Shown here one piece after another: positions 18,148 to 26,313 of a DNA stretch of 64,000 bases (positions within the stretch are counted from its first letter, which is position 1; the number at the start of each line of letters is the position of its first letter). A program made the position numbers and the translations under genes. Under the pieces are notes generated by a model. The model was given only the letters and a program-made list of their open reading frames with translations. It searched no databases and was not told the DNA's origin. This DNA is from Tagaea sp. (lineage in GTDB: Bacteria; Pseudomonadota; Alphaproteobacteria; CACIAM-22H2), in contig CBDIIB010000005.1 in NCBI GenBank assembly GCA_965279525.1, forward strand, positions 128,001 to 192,000, given 5' to 3'.

Positions 18148-18330
18148 ATCCGGTCGTGCAAGCGGCCGGTGCGCTGTTTGACAAGTGAAAATGACTGTGT
18201 CGGACCCTTGCAACGGTTGCGCCGGGCGCGGTTGCAGTAACATCCGTTGAACTTCAACGGGATAAATACGCTACCGTTGCAGGTTGTAACGCGTTATGGG
18301 TCGACGCACTACAAAACAGCGCGAAAAAAC
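18148..18330 (+). ncRNA. Candidate structured non-coding RNA (unassigned family)
   Basis: GCAA tetraloop hairpin 18150-18169; nested stems 18171-79/18314-22, 18196-207/18298-308, 18208-17/18273-82, 18244-50/18254-60. Confidence 0.45.
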
Positions 18331-18408
18331 GCGCCGAGGTTACCTTCGTTCCGAATCAAGCGGTTAAACAGGTTACCGTCGCCTGTCGTAACCTGATGAT
18401 TTGCGGGT

Positions 18409-20013
18409 CTAGAACGTCGCCACCTGGCCGTCGCTGCGCGGGTCGGTCGCCCCTTCGAGCAACGCTTGGCCGCCGTCCTTGGCGGGCGTGCGCACGATCA
18501 TGCCGGCGTGGCCCATCAGGTCGGTGAAGTCGGGGGCGACTTCCAGATCGTGGCCCATGCCGCGCAACGCCGCGATGGTGCCGGCGGGGAAGCGGCTTTC
18601 GAGGCGCAGCTTCGTGGTGGCCGTTCCCCAGGTGCGGCCGAGCAGCCAGCGCGGCGCCGTCACCGCTTCCTGCGGCGCCATGCCGTAGAAGGCGTAGCGC
18701 GAGAACACCATGGCTTGCGTCTGCGGCTGGCCGTCGCCGCCCATCGTGCCGTAGACCATGCCGCGCCCGTCGTCGAAGCGCGCCATCGCGGGGTTGAGCG
18801 TGTGGAACGGCTTGCGGCCGGGACTGAGTTCCTGTGCCGCCCCCTTCTCCAGCGAGAACGACGTGCCGCGGTTCTGGAACAGGATGCCGGTGTCGCGCCC
18901 GACCACGCCCGAGCCGAACTCCCAGTAGATCGACTGGATGAAGCTCGCCATGCGGCCTTGCGCATCGATGCAGCCCATCCAGATCGTGTCGCCCTTCTTG
19001 GACGGCTGCGGCCACGGGGCGGCGAGATTCGGGTCGAACTCGGCGGCAAGCCTGGCGATGCGTGGCTCGGCGAGCAGGCTCTGCGCCTCCACATCCATGA
19101 AGGCCGGGTCCTTGACGTGCCGGTCGCGCACGCGGAAGGCAAGCTTGGTCGCCTCGACGAGCGCATGCACGTATTGCGGGCCGTCGCACGTTTCGGGTTT
19201 GAAGCGCGAGAACAGCGCCAGGATCAGCAATGCCGCCAGCCCCTGCGTGGGCGGCGTCATGTTGAAGAGCCGGGCGCCGGGCACGCCGACGGTCAATGGT
19301 GTTACCAGTTTGGCCTTGTGCCGGCGGTAGTCGTCGAGCGTCACCGGGCTGCCGGCGCGCGCAAGATCGGCCGCGATCGCCTCGGCAAGGCCGCCGCGAT
19401 AGAAGCTCTCGGTGCCCTCGCGCCCGATGCGGCGCAGCGTCTCGGCCAACGCCGCCTGCACGAAGCGCGTGCCCGGCTGCGGCACGGTGCCGCCCGGCAG
19501 GAACGCGGCGGCGAAGCCGGGGGCGGCCTCGCACTCCGCGCGTTTCTCGGTCGTGAAGCGCGTCTGGCTTTCGGTCGCGGGGAAGCCGTTCGCGGCGTAG
19601 AAGGCGCCGGGTTCGACGAGGCGCGAAAGCGGCAGCTTGCCGCCCAGCGTGCGCGACATCTCGAACGCCGCCCCCCAGCCCGACACGGTCCCGGCAACAG
19701 TGTTGGCCGCAAGGGGCCCGCGCGACGGGATCGTCTTGTGGCCCTGCTTCTTGTACCAGTCGGGCGAGATCGCGGAAGCCGCCGCCCCGCATGCATCGAT
19801 GCCCACGGGCTTGCCGTCGCCGCCATCGACCAGCCAGAAGCCGTCGCCGCCGATCGCGTTCATGTGCGGATAGACGACCGGGATCGTGGCCGCCATCGCG
19901 ATCATCGCCTCGAGCGCGTTGCCGCCCTCGCGCAGCACGTCGAGCCCGGCCTGCGAGGCCAGATGGTGGGGAGCGGTCGCCATGCCGCGATAGCCGCGCG
20001 GGGTGCTGAGCAT
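18409..20013 (-). CDS. Gamma-glutamyltransferase family protein, HpxW (oxamate amidohydrolase)/YwrD-like
   Basis: No signal peptide; 'VVYPHMNAIGGDGFW', 'GDTIWMGCID...SFIQSIYWEFGSG' (Thr nucleophile), 'KPFHTLNP', 'YGTMGGDGQPQTQ', 'DPRSDG'. Confidence 0.88.
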   Translation of the reverse strand: MLSTPRGYRGMATAPHHLASQAGLDVLREGGNALEAMIAMAATIPVVYPHMNAIGGDGFWLVDGGDGKPVGIDACGAAASAISPDWYKKQGHKTIPSRGPLAANTVAGTVSGWGAAFEMSRTLGGKLPLSRLVEPGAFYAANGFPATESQTRFTTEKRAECEAAPGFAAAFLPGGTVPQPGTRFVQAALAETLRRIGREGTESFYRGGLAEAIAADLARAGSPVTLDDYRRHKAKLVTPLTVGVPGARLFNMTPPTQGLAALLILALFSRFKPETCDGPQYVHALVEATKLAFRVRDRHVKDPAFMDVEAQSLLAEPRIARLAAEFDPNLAAPWPQPSKKGDTIWMGCIDAQGRMASFIQSIYWEFGSGVVGRDTGILFQNRGTSFSLEKGAAQELSPGRKPFHTLNPAMARFDDGRGMVYGTMGGDGQPQTQAMVFSRYAFYGMAPQEAVTAPRWLLGRTWGTATTKLRLESRFPAGTIAALRGMGHDLEVAPDFTDLMGHAGMIVRTPAKDGGQALLEGATDPRSDGQVATF

Positions 20014-20083
20014 GTGCCTGCCTTTGCCTGTGCTTGCTTTTGGAGCGGAGAGGTCTACGCTTTTCCTATCGGAGGGTCCGGCG

Positions 20084-20521
20084 ATGCGCAAAGAGTTTCT
20101 GGCCGCTTTCGTGGCGCTTTTCTGGGCTTTCGCCGCCCAAGCGCAGGGCATCCCGGCCCAGCGGATTCCCGACGCCGACGGCGCCGCGATCCGCTCGACG
20201 ATCGAACGCCAGGTCGACGCCTTCCGCGCCGACGACGGCGAGCGCGCCTTCGCCTTCGCCGACGACAACATCCGCGCGATGTTCGGCGATTCCGCCCGCT
20301 TCATGGCGATGGTGCGCGAGGGCTACGCGATGATCTACCGGCCGCGCGGCTTCGTCTTCGGCGAGGCCGAGGAGCGCGGCGACATCGTGGCGCAGATCGT
20401 CGAGTTCGACGGGCTCGACGGCACGTCGGCCGTCTTCCTCTACGAGATGCGCCGCCAGCCGGACGGCGGCTTCCGCATCGCCGGCGTCTATTTGTTGCGC
20501 GCACGCCGTCCGAGCGTCTAG
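20084..20521 (+). CDS. DUF4864-like secreted protein
   Basis: GGAGG RBS, signal peptide, 'IERQVDAFRADDGERAFAFA...FMAMVREGY.MIYRP...YEMRRQPDG.FRIAGV'. Confidence 0.8.
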   Translation: MRKEFLAAFVALFWAFAAQAQGIPAQRIPDADGAAIRSTIERQVDAFRADDGERAFAFADDNIRAMFGDSARFMAMVREGYAMIYRPRGFVFGEAEERGDIVAQIVEFDGLDGTSAVFLYEMRRQPDGGFRIAGVYLLRARRPSV

Positions 20522-20558
20522 AACGGGCCACGATCTGGCACCCCGGAGATCCCTGAAC

Positions 20559-21059
20559 ATGAGCGCTGCCGACGACACCTACCGCAAGATGTTCACTGTT
20601 TCCTGGCAGGAGCTGCACCGCGACTGCAAGGCGCTCGCCTGGAAGCTCGTCGCCGGCGGCCCGTGGCGCGGCATCGTGGCGGTCACGCGCGGCGGACTCA
20701 TCCCGGCGGGCATCATCGCGCGCGAGCTGGAGCTGCGCATCATCGACACGGTCTCGATCGCCACCTACGAGGGCCAGAAGATCGGCGACGCGTCGAACGT
20801 GCTGAAGCCGCTGGCGACGTCCACGCTCGACGCACCCGGCCCGCGCTGGCTCATCATCGACGACCTGGTGGACACGGGCGCCACCGCCAAGATCGTGCGC
20901 GCGATGCTGCCCGGCGCGCACTTCGCCACGGTCTATGCCAAGCCCGCCGGCAAGCCGATGGTCGACACCTACGTGACCGAGACGAGCCAGGACACGTGGA
21001 TCATGTTCCCGTGGGATACCGAGCCGCAGTTCGCGCGGCCCATCGCGGCGGCGAAATAG
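20559..21059 (+). CDS. gpt: Xanthine-guanine phosphoribosyltransferase
   Basis: 'VSWQELHRD', 'VTRGGLIPA', PRPP motif 'LIIDDLVDTGAT', 'SQDTWIMFPWD'. Confidence 0.93.
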   Translation: MSAADDTYRKMFTVSWQELHRDCKALAWKLVAGGPWRGIVAVTRGGLIPAGIIARELELRIIDTVSIATYEGQKIGDASNVLKPLATSTLDAPGPRWLIIDDLVDTGATAKIVRAMLPGAHFATVYAKPAGKPMVDTYVTETSQDTWIMFPWDTEPQFARPIAAAK

Positions 21060-21060
21060 A

Positions 21061-21813
21061 TCAGCCGCCCTCGGCGAGTTCCTCGAGGGCTTCGCGCTTC
21101 ACGATCTCGACGCGCGTCTGCTCGGGCAATGCGATCACGCCGTCCTTGCGCAGCTGCGTGAAGGTGCGGCTCACCGTCTCGATCGTCAGGCCCAGATAGT
21201 CGGCGATGTCCGACCGGCTCATCGGCAGCGGGAGCGGGCTTGCCGGCTGCCCGCGCGCGACGAGGCGGCGCGAGACCATCAAGAGGAAGCTCGCCAGCCG
21301 CTCGCGCGCGGTCTTGCGACCGAGCAGCAGCATCTGGTCCTGTGCCGCGACCAGTTCGTTGCCCGCCATCTCGAGCAGCCGGTGTTCGAGGTTGGGCAGC
21401 TCGTGGATCAGGGTTTCCATGCGCTGGCGCGGAAAGCGGCACATGCGCACCTTCGTCACCGCTTCGGCCGAATAGGCATAAGTCTTGTTGAGCGCCACGC
21501 CGAGGAAGTCGCCCGGGAACAGGAAGCCGGTGATCTGGCGCCGCCCGTCGGGCAGCAGCTTGTAGAGCTTGACCGCCCCTTCCACGACGTTCGACAGGTG
21601 CTCGGCCGGCTCGCCTTCCTGGAACAGCGTGGCGTGCGGGTCGAGGCGCACCACGGTCGTGATGGTGCGCAGGCGCGACAGCTGGTCGGGCTCCAGCACG
21701 TCGCACACGCTCGTCTCGCGGATCGCGCAGTCGTCGCACGGGGATTCGTGGATCTTGAGCCGGTCGACCGGTGCAGGCTTTGCTGCCGCTTGTCCGCGGG
21801 GCTGGATCGACAT
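21061..21813 (-). CDS. O2-sensing Crp/Fnr-family regulator (FnrL/FnrN/AadR-like)
   Basis: N-terminal C-X2-C-X7-C (CDDCAIRETSVC) plus central Cys (RMCRF); HTH 'DIADYLGLTIETVSR'; start set at ATG 21813. Confidence 0.9.
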   Translation of the reverse strand: MSIQPRGQAAAKPAPVDRLKIHESPCDDCAIRETSVCDVLEPDQLSRLRTITTVVRLDPHATLFQEGEPAEHLSNVVEGAVKLYKLLPDGRRQITGFLFPGDFLGVALNKTYAYSAEAVTKVRMCRFPRQRMETLIHELPNLEHRLLEMAGNELVAAQDQMLLLGRKTARERLASFLLMVSRRLVARGQPASPLPLPMSRSDIADYLGLTIETVSRTFTQLRKDGVIALPEQTRVEIVKREALEELAEGG

Positions 21814-21919
21814 CTTTGGCGTGTCCCTTCGCATGCCGGCGAATACCCCTCGATAATGGACGTTCGGCTGGGTCGGCACAAGTGGTGAACCGTTCGGCAG
21901 CCGGCGGCGTAGAACGGAC

Positions 21920-22570
21920 ATGAAGCATTTTCCGACGATTCCGGCCCTGTCCGCCGCCCTCTGCCTCTTCGCAGCCCTGCCGGCGGCGGCCGACAGCCGC
22001 ACGCTCGCCTTCGACGTGCTGCGCGAGGGCTCGCCCATCGGCACGCATGTCGTGTCGATCCGCACCAGCGGCCCGCGCACCGAGGTCTCCATCGAGATCG
22101 ATCTCGAGGTCCGTTTCGCCTTCCTGACGGTCTACCGCTACACGCACCGCTCGCGCGAGACGTGGTCCGGCGACCGGCTCGAAGCGCTCGAGGCGGCGAC
22201 CAACGACAACGGCACGCGCACCAATGTCGCGGCGCGCGCGGCACCCGACGGGATCGCCGTCGACGGCAGCGCCGGGCGCTACGTCGCCCCCGTCGACACC
22301 TATCCGACCAGCTACTGGCGGCGCGACAAGGTCCGCCGCACGCAGCTCCTCGACACGCAGAGCGGCAAGCTCGTGTCGGTGCGCAATACGGGGCTTGGTG
22401 CGCGCGACATGCCGGTCGACGGTGCCGCACAGCCGGTCGAGGTCTATCGCGTCGACGGCGAGCTTGCCGCCGAGGTCGGCTATGCCGCCGACGGCAGCTG
22501 GGCCACGCTCGCGTTCGAGGCGCGCGGGGCGCGCATCGACTACGTCCGCCGCACGACGTCGGGCGGTTGA
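21920..22570 (+). CDS. DUF6134-like secreted protein
   Basis: Signal peptide; 'FDVLREGSPIGTH', 'YRYTHRSRETW', 'TNDNG', 'PTSYW', 'LLDTQSG'. Confidence 0.75.
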   Translation: MKHFPTIPALSAALCLFAALPAAADSRTLAFDVLREGSPIGTHVVSIRTSGPRTEVSIEIDLEVRFAFLTVYRYTHRSRETWSGDRLEALEAATNDNGTRTNVAARAAPDGIAVDGSAGRYVAPVDTYPTSYWRRDKVRRTQLLDTQSGKLVSVRNTGLGARDMPVDGAAQPVEVYRVDGELAAEVGYAADGSWATLAFEARGARIDYVRRTTSGG

Positions 22571-22580
22571 TTCATATCAA
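22567..22580. promoter_or_regulatory. FNR/FixK (anaerobox) binding site
   Basis: TTGAT-TCAT-ATCAA, a perfect TTGAT-N4-ATCAA consensus, 0.75 kb from the fnr-like gene. Confidence 0.85.
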
Positions 22581-22616
22581 GGCGGCGCTGGCCGTACGCG
22601 TCCATCCTCGGCCACG

Positions 22617-23159
22617 ATGTCCGCAAGCTCCGTCCAGCCATCCGAGGGGCCGGCCACTCCCGGCCGGAAGTTCGCCGTAAGGCATCTGCGCGGCGCCGAC
22701 GTGCTGAGCGCGTTCCCGCTCGCAAGGCTCGCCGCCGGCCACCTGACGCTTGCCGAATGGCTGCGCTTCGCCGAGGCGATGGGCGCCGAGCCGCCCGGCG
22801 CCAGGCGCACCCGCCGCGCCGCCGGTGCCCGGGTCGAGCACGGCCTGCTGGCGCTCGAAGACGCGCGCGGCTACCTGCAGGCTTTCTGCAGCTTCGCCGT
22901 GCGCCCGGATCTCGCCGCCGGGCGGCGGCTGGATATCGACAACATTGTTACCCTCGACCTGATCGACAGCGAGAGCCCAGCCGGCGAGCTTATCGGTTCG
23001 ATCGAGAAGCTGGCGCGCGACCTCGACTGCCCGGCCTTCGCGATCCGCCTGCCGCCCGGCCGGTCGGCGGCCGGTGCGGGCCGCCATGCGCTGGAAGCAC
23101 TGCTCGGGTCGACTCACGATCAGTCGGGCGTATACCGCCTCGTCGGCGCGGCGAAATAG
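22617..23159 (+). CDS. Hypothetical protein, possibly degenerate GNAT fold
   Basis: 'AFPLARL...LAEW..FA', 'GLLALEDARGYL', 'IEKLARDLDC'; immediately downstream of the FNR box. Confidence 0.65.
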   Translation: MSASSVQPSEGPATPGRKFAVRHLRGADVLSAFPLARLAAGHLTLAEWLRFAEAMGAEPPGARRTRRAAGARVEHGLLALEDARGYLQAFCSFAVRPDLAAGRRLDIDNIVTLDLIDSESPAGELIGSIEKLARDLDCPAFAIRLPPGRSAAGAGRHALEALLGSTHDQSGVYRLVGAAK

Positions 23160-23267
23160 CGCCCGACTTCCGGCGATCGGGGCCACTCGTCTCTTGCCCT
23201 CGCATGCTCCAAGCGCCTAGATTCCGGGCCTTGTGTGGTGGCAGGGACACAGGGTTCACGGCCATCG

Positions 23268-25079
23268 ATGGATCAGGACAGCGCCCCCGTGAACACCGGC
23301 TTCCCGGCAGCGTCGCGCATCATCCCGTTCGACCGCCCGGCCTTCGGGCTGGCGGTGGCGTTCTTCCTTTCGGTTTCGCTGGGCGCGTTCGCCCAGGCCC
23401 CGCGCCCGCAGCCCGAAGGCCCGACCGGCGTCGCACCGCCGCGCGCGACCGTCCTTGCCGACCGCCACATGGTCTCGGCGGCCAATCCGATCGCGGCGGA
23501 TGTCGGCCGCCAGGTCCTGCGCCAGGGCGGCAGCGCCGTCGACGCGGCGATCGCCATGCAGATGGTGCTGACGCTCGTCGAGCCGCAGAGCTCGGGCATC
23601 GGCGGCGGCGCGTTCCTCGTCCACTACAACGCGGAAGCGAAGAAGATCGAGACCTATGACGGGCGCGAGACGGCACCTGCCGCGGCGCGCGCCGACATGT
23701 TCCTTGGCGCGGACGGCAAGCCGCTGCCCTTCGCGAAGGCGGCGATGGGCGGCCACGCGGTCGGCGTGCCGGGGCTCGTCGGCATGCTGACGCTCGCGCA
23801 CGACGATCACGGCCGGCTGCCCTGGGCGCGCCTGTTCGAGCCGGCGATGCGTCTTGCCACCGACGGCTTCGCGATCTCGCCGCGCCTGCACCAGCTCGTG
23901 TCCGACACGCCGCAGCTCAAGGAGTTCCCGGGCACGCGCGAATACTTCTTCGACGCCGACGGCAACCCCAAGGCGGCGGGCGCACGCCTGGCAAACCCCG
24001 CCCTTGCCGAAACGATGCGCATCATCGCCAACGGAAGTGCGCCGGCCTTCTACAATGGCGGGCTTGCCCGCGCGATGGCGCGCGCGGTCGCCAACAACGG
24101 CACGCCCGGCACGCTGACAGTCGACGATCTCAAGGGCTACAAGGCCGTCAAGCGCGAGCCGGTGTGCGGCGCCTACCGCCAGTACAAGGTCTGCGGCATG
24201 GGTCCGCCGTCGTCCGGTGGCGTCGCGATCGCGCAGATCCTGGGCATGATCGAACGATTCGACCTGCGCCAGATGGGGGCCAACTCGCCCGCCGCGATCC
24301 ACGTGCTGGCCGAATCCGAGCGGCTCGCTTTCGCCGACCGCGCGCGCTATCTCGCCGACGCCGATTTCGAGCCGGCACCGCTCGCCAAGCTACTCGACCG
24401 CAAGTACCTCGCCCAGCGCTCGAAGCTGATCAGCCAGGAGCGCAGCATGGGCCGCGCCGAACCCGGACGCTTCCAGCGCGCCGCGATGCGCGCCCCCGAC
24501 ACGACGAGCGAGCTGCCGGCGACGACGCATTTCTCGGTCGTCGACGGGGCCGGCAACGCGGTCGCGATGACTTCGTCGATCGAGCAGGCCTTCGGCAGCC
24601 GCGTGTTCGTGCGCGGCTTCCTGCTCAACAACCACCTGACCGATTTCGCTCTGAAGCCGCGCGACGGCGACGTGCCCAACATCAACCGCATCGAGCCCGG
24701 CAAGCGGCCGCGCAGCTCGATGGCGCCCACCATCGTCGTCGACCGCGAAGGAAGGCTCGTGCTGACGATCGGCTCGCCCGGCGGCCCGCGCATCATCCCT
24801 TACGTGGCGCAGGCCATCGTCGCCTCGCTCGACTGGGGCCTCGACATCCAGAAGGCGCTGGCCCTGCCCCACGCGCTCAACATGAACGGGGCGACCGAGC
24901 TGGAGCGCGACACCGCCATCGCGGCAATCGCGCCCGAGCTGCGGGCGCTGGGCCACGAGGTGACGCTTGCCAGCCATACCAGCGGCCTGCATGCGATCCA
25001 GATCATCCGCCGCCAGGGCAAGACCCAGCTTGCCGGCGGGGCAGACCCGCGCCGCGAGGGCGAGGCGCTGGGCGACTAG
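23268..25079 (+). CDS. ggt: Periplasmic gamma-glutamyltransferase
   Basis: 'LVEPQSSGIGGG', 'YDGRETAP', 'TTHFSVVD' (Thr nucleophile), 'KRPRSSMAP', 'GSPGG', 'ADPRREG'. Confidence 0.92.
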   Translation: MDQDSAPVNTGFPAASRIIPFDRPAFGLAVAFFLSVSLGAFAQAPRPQPEGPTGVAPPRATVLADRHMVSAANPIAADVGRQVLRQGGSAVDAAIAMQMVLTLVEPQSSGIGGGAFLVHYNAEAKKIETYDGRETAPAAARADMFLGADGKPLPFAKAAMGGHAVGVPGLVGMLTLAHDDHGRLPWARLFEPAMRLATDGFAISPRLHQLVSDTPQLKEFPGTREYFFDADGNPKAAGARLANPALAETMRIIANGSAPAFYNGGLARAMARAVANNGTPGTLTVDDLKGYKAVKREPVCGAYRQYKVCGMGPPSSGGVAIAQILGMIERFDLRQMGANSPAAIHVLAESERLAFADRARYLADADFEPAPLAKLLDRKYLAQRSKLISQERSMGRAEPGRFQRAAMRAPDTTSELPATTHFSVVDGAGNAVAMTSSIEQAFGSRVFVRGFLLNNHLTDFALKPRDGDVPNINRIEPGKRPRSSMAPTIVVDREGRLVLTIGSPGGPRIIPYVAQAIVASLDWGLDIQKALALPHALNMNGATELERDTAIAAIAPELRALGHEVTLASHTSGLHAIQIIRRQGKTQLAGGADPRREGEALGD

Positions 25080-25121
25080 CGCTTGCATTCGCGAGGCGAG
25101 ACGCGCAGTTTCCCGCCCGCA

Positions 25122-26312
25122 ATGACCGACGCCCTCCCGACCATCCTGCTCCAGCCCCAACGCCACAAGCGCCTGCGCGCCGGCCATCCGTGGGCTTTCT
25201 CCAACGAAATCCAGATGGACAACGCCGCCAAGGCGCTGCCCAAGGGTTCGCTCGTGCGGCTGTCGGCCAGCCACGGCGAGCCGCTGGGAACCGCGTTCTT
25301 CAACGCCCACACGCTGATCGCGGCGCGCATCGTGGAACGCGATGCCGCCAAGCCGATCGACGCGGCATGGTGTGCGGCACGCCTCAAGTCGGCGCTGGCA
25401 CTTCGCGAACGGCTCTATCCGGGCGGCTTCTACCGGTTGGTCCACGCCGAAGCGGACGGGCTGCCGGGTCTCGTCATCGACCGATACGGCGACACGCTCG
25501 TCGTCCAGCGCAATGCTGCCGGCATCGAGGTGATCTGGCCGCAGCTCCTCGAGGCGATCGACGCGGTGCTGGCACCCAAGGCGATCGTGCTGCGCGACGA
25601 TTCGTCCGCGCGCACCTTCGAAGGCCTGCCGACGAGCGCGAGCACGCTGCGCGGCACGCTCGACGGGCCGATCCCGCTGCTGGAAAACGACGCTAGGTTC
25701 CTCGCCGACGCGACCGGCGGCCAAAAGACCGGCTGGTTCTACGACCAGCGCGACAACCGCCGCGCGGTCGCCGCCGTATCGGCGGGTGCGCGCGTGCTCG
25801 ACCTCTATACCTATGCCGGCGGCTTCGGCGTGCTGGCCGCGATCGCTGGTGCGGCCCAGGTCACGATGGTCGACCGGTCGGACACGGCACTTGGCCTCGC
25901 GCGTCACGCGGCGGAAGCCAACGGCGTGACGGGAAAGTGCCGCTTCGAGAAGGCCGAGATCTTCGCGCATCTGGAAACGCTGGCGGAAGCGGGCGAACGC
26001 TACGACGTGGTCGTCGCCGATCCGCCGGCCTTCGCCAAGTCGCGCAAGGACGTGCCGACGGCGCTGAAGGGCTATCGCAAGCTCGCGCGCATGTCGGCCG
26101 AGCTCGTCAGCCCGGGCGGCTTCCTGCTTGCGGCTTCCTGCTCGCACAACGTGACGCCCGAGCATTTCCTCGAGGAAACCGCGCGCGGCATGGCCGATGC
26201 GGGACGCACCGGGCGCATCGTGCGCGCCGCCGGTGCCGCGGGCGACCACCCGCTGCATCCGCACCTTCCCGAAAGCGCCTACCTGAAGGCACTGCTCTTC
26301 GCCGTCGACTGA
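25122..26312 (+). CDS. RlmI-like class I SAM-dependent rRNA methyltransferase
   Basis: PUA-like 'GHPWAFSNE', 'HAEADGLPGLVIDRY', 'GQKTGWFYDQRDNR', 'DPPAFAK', 'SCSH', 'PESAYLK'. Confidence 0.9.
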   Translation: MTDALPTILLQPQRHKRLRAGHPWAFSNEIQMDNAAKALPKGSLVRLSASHGEPLGTAFFNAHTLIAARIVERDAAKPIDAAWCAARLKSALALRERLYPGGFYRLVHAEADGLPGLVIDRYGDTLVVQRNAAGIEVIWPQLLEAIDAVLAPKAIVLRDDSSARTFEGLPTSASTLRGTLDGPIPLLENDARFLADATGGQKTGWFYDQRDNRRAVAAVSAGARVLDLYTYAGGFGVLAAIAGAAQVTMVDRSDTALGLARHAAEANGVTGKCRFEKAEIFAHLETLAEAGERYDVVVADPPAFAKSRKDVPTALKGYRKLARMSAELVSPGGFLLAASCSHNVTPEHFLEETARGMADAGRTGRIVRAAGAAGDHPLHPHLPESAYLKALLFAVD

Positions 26313-26313
26313 A

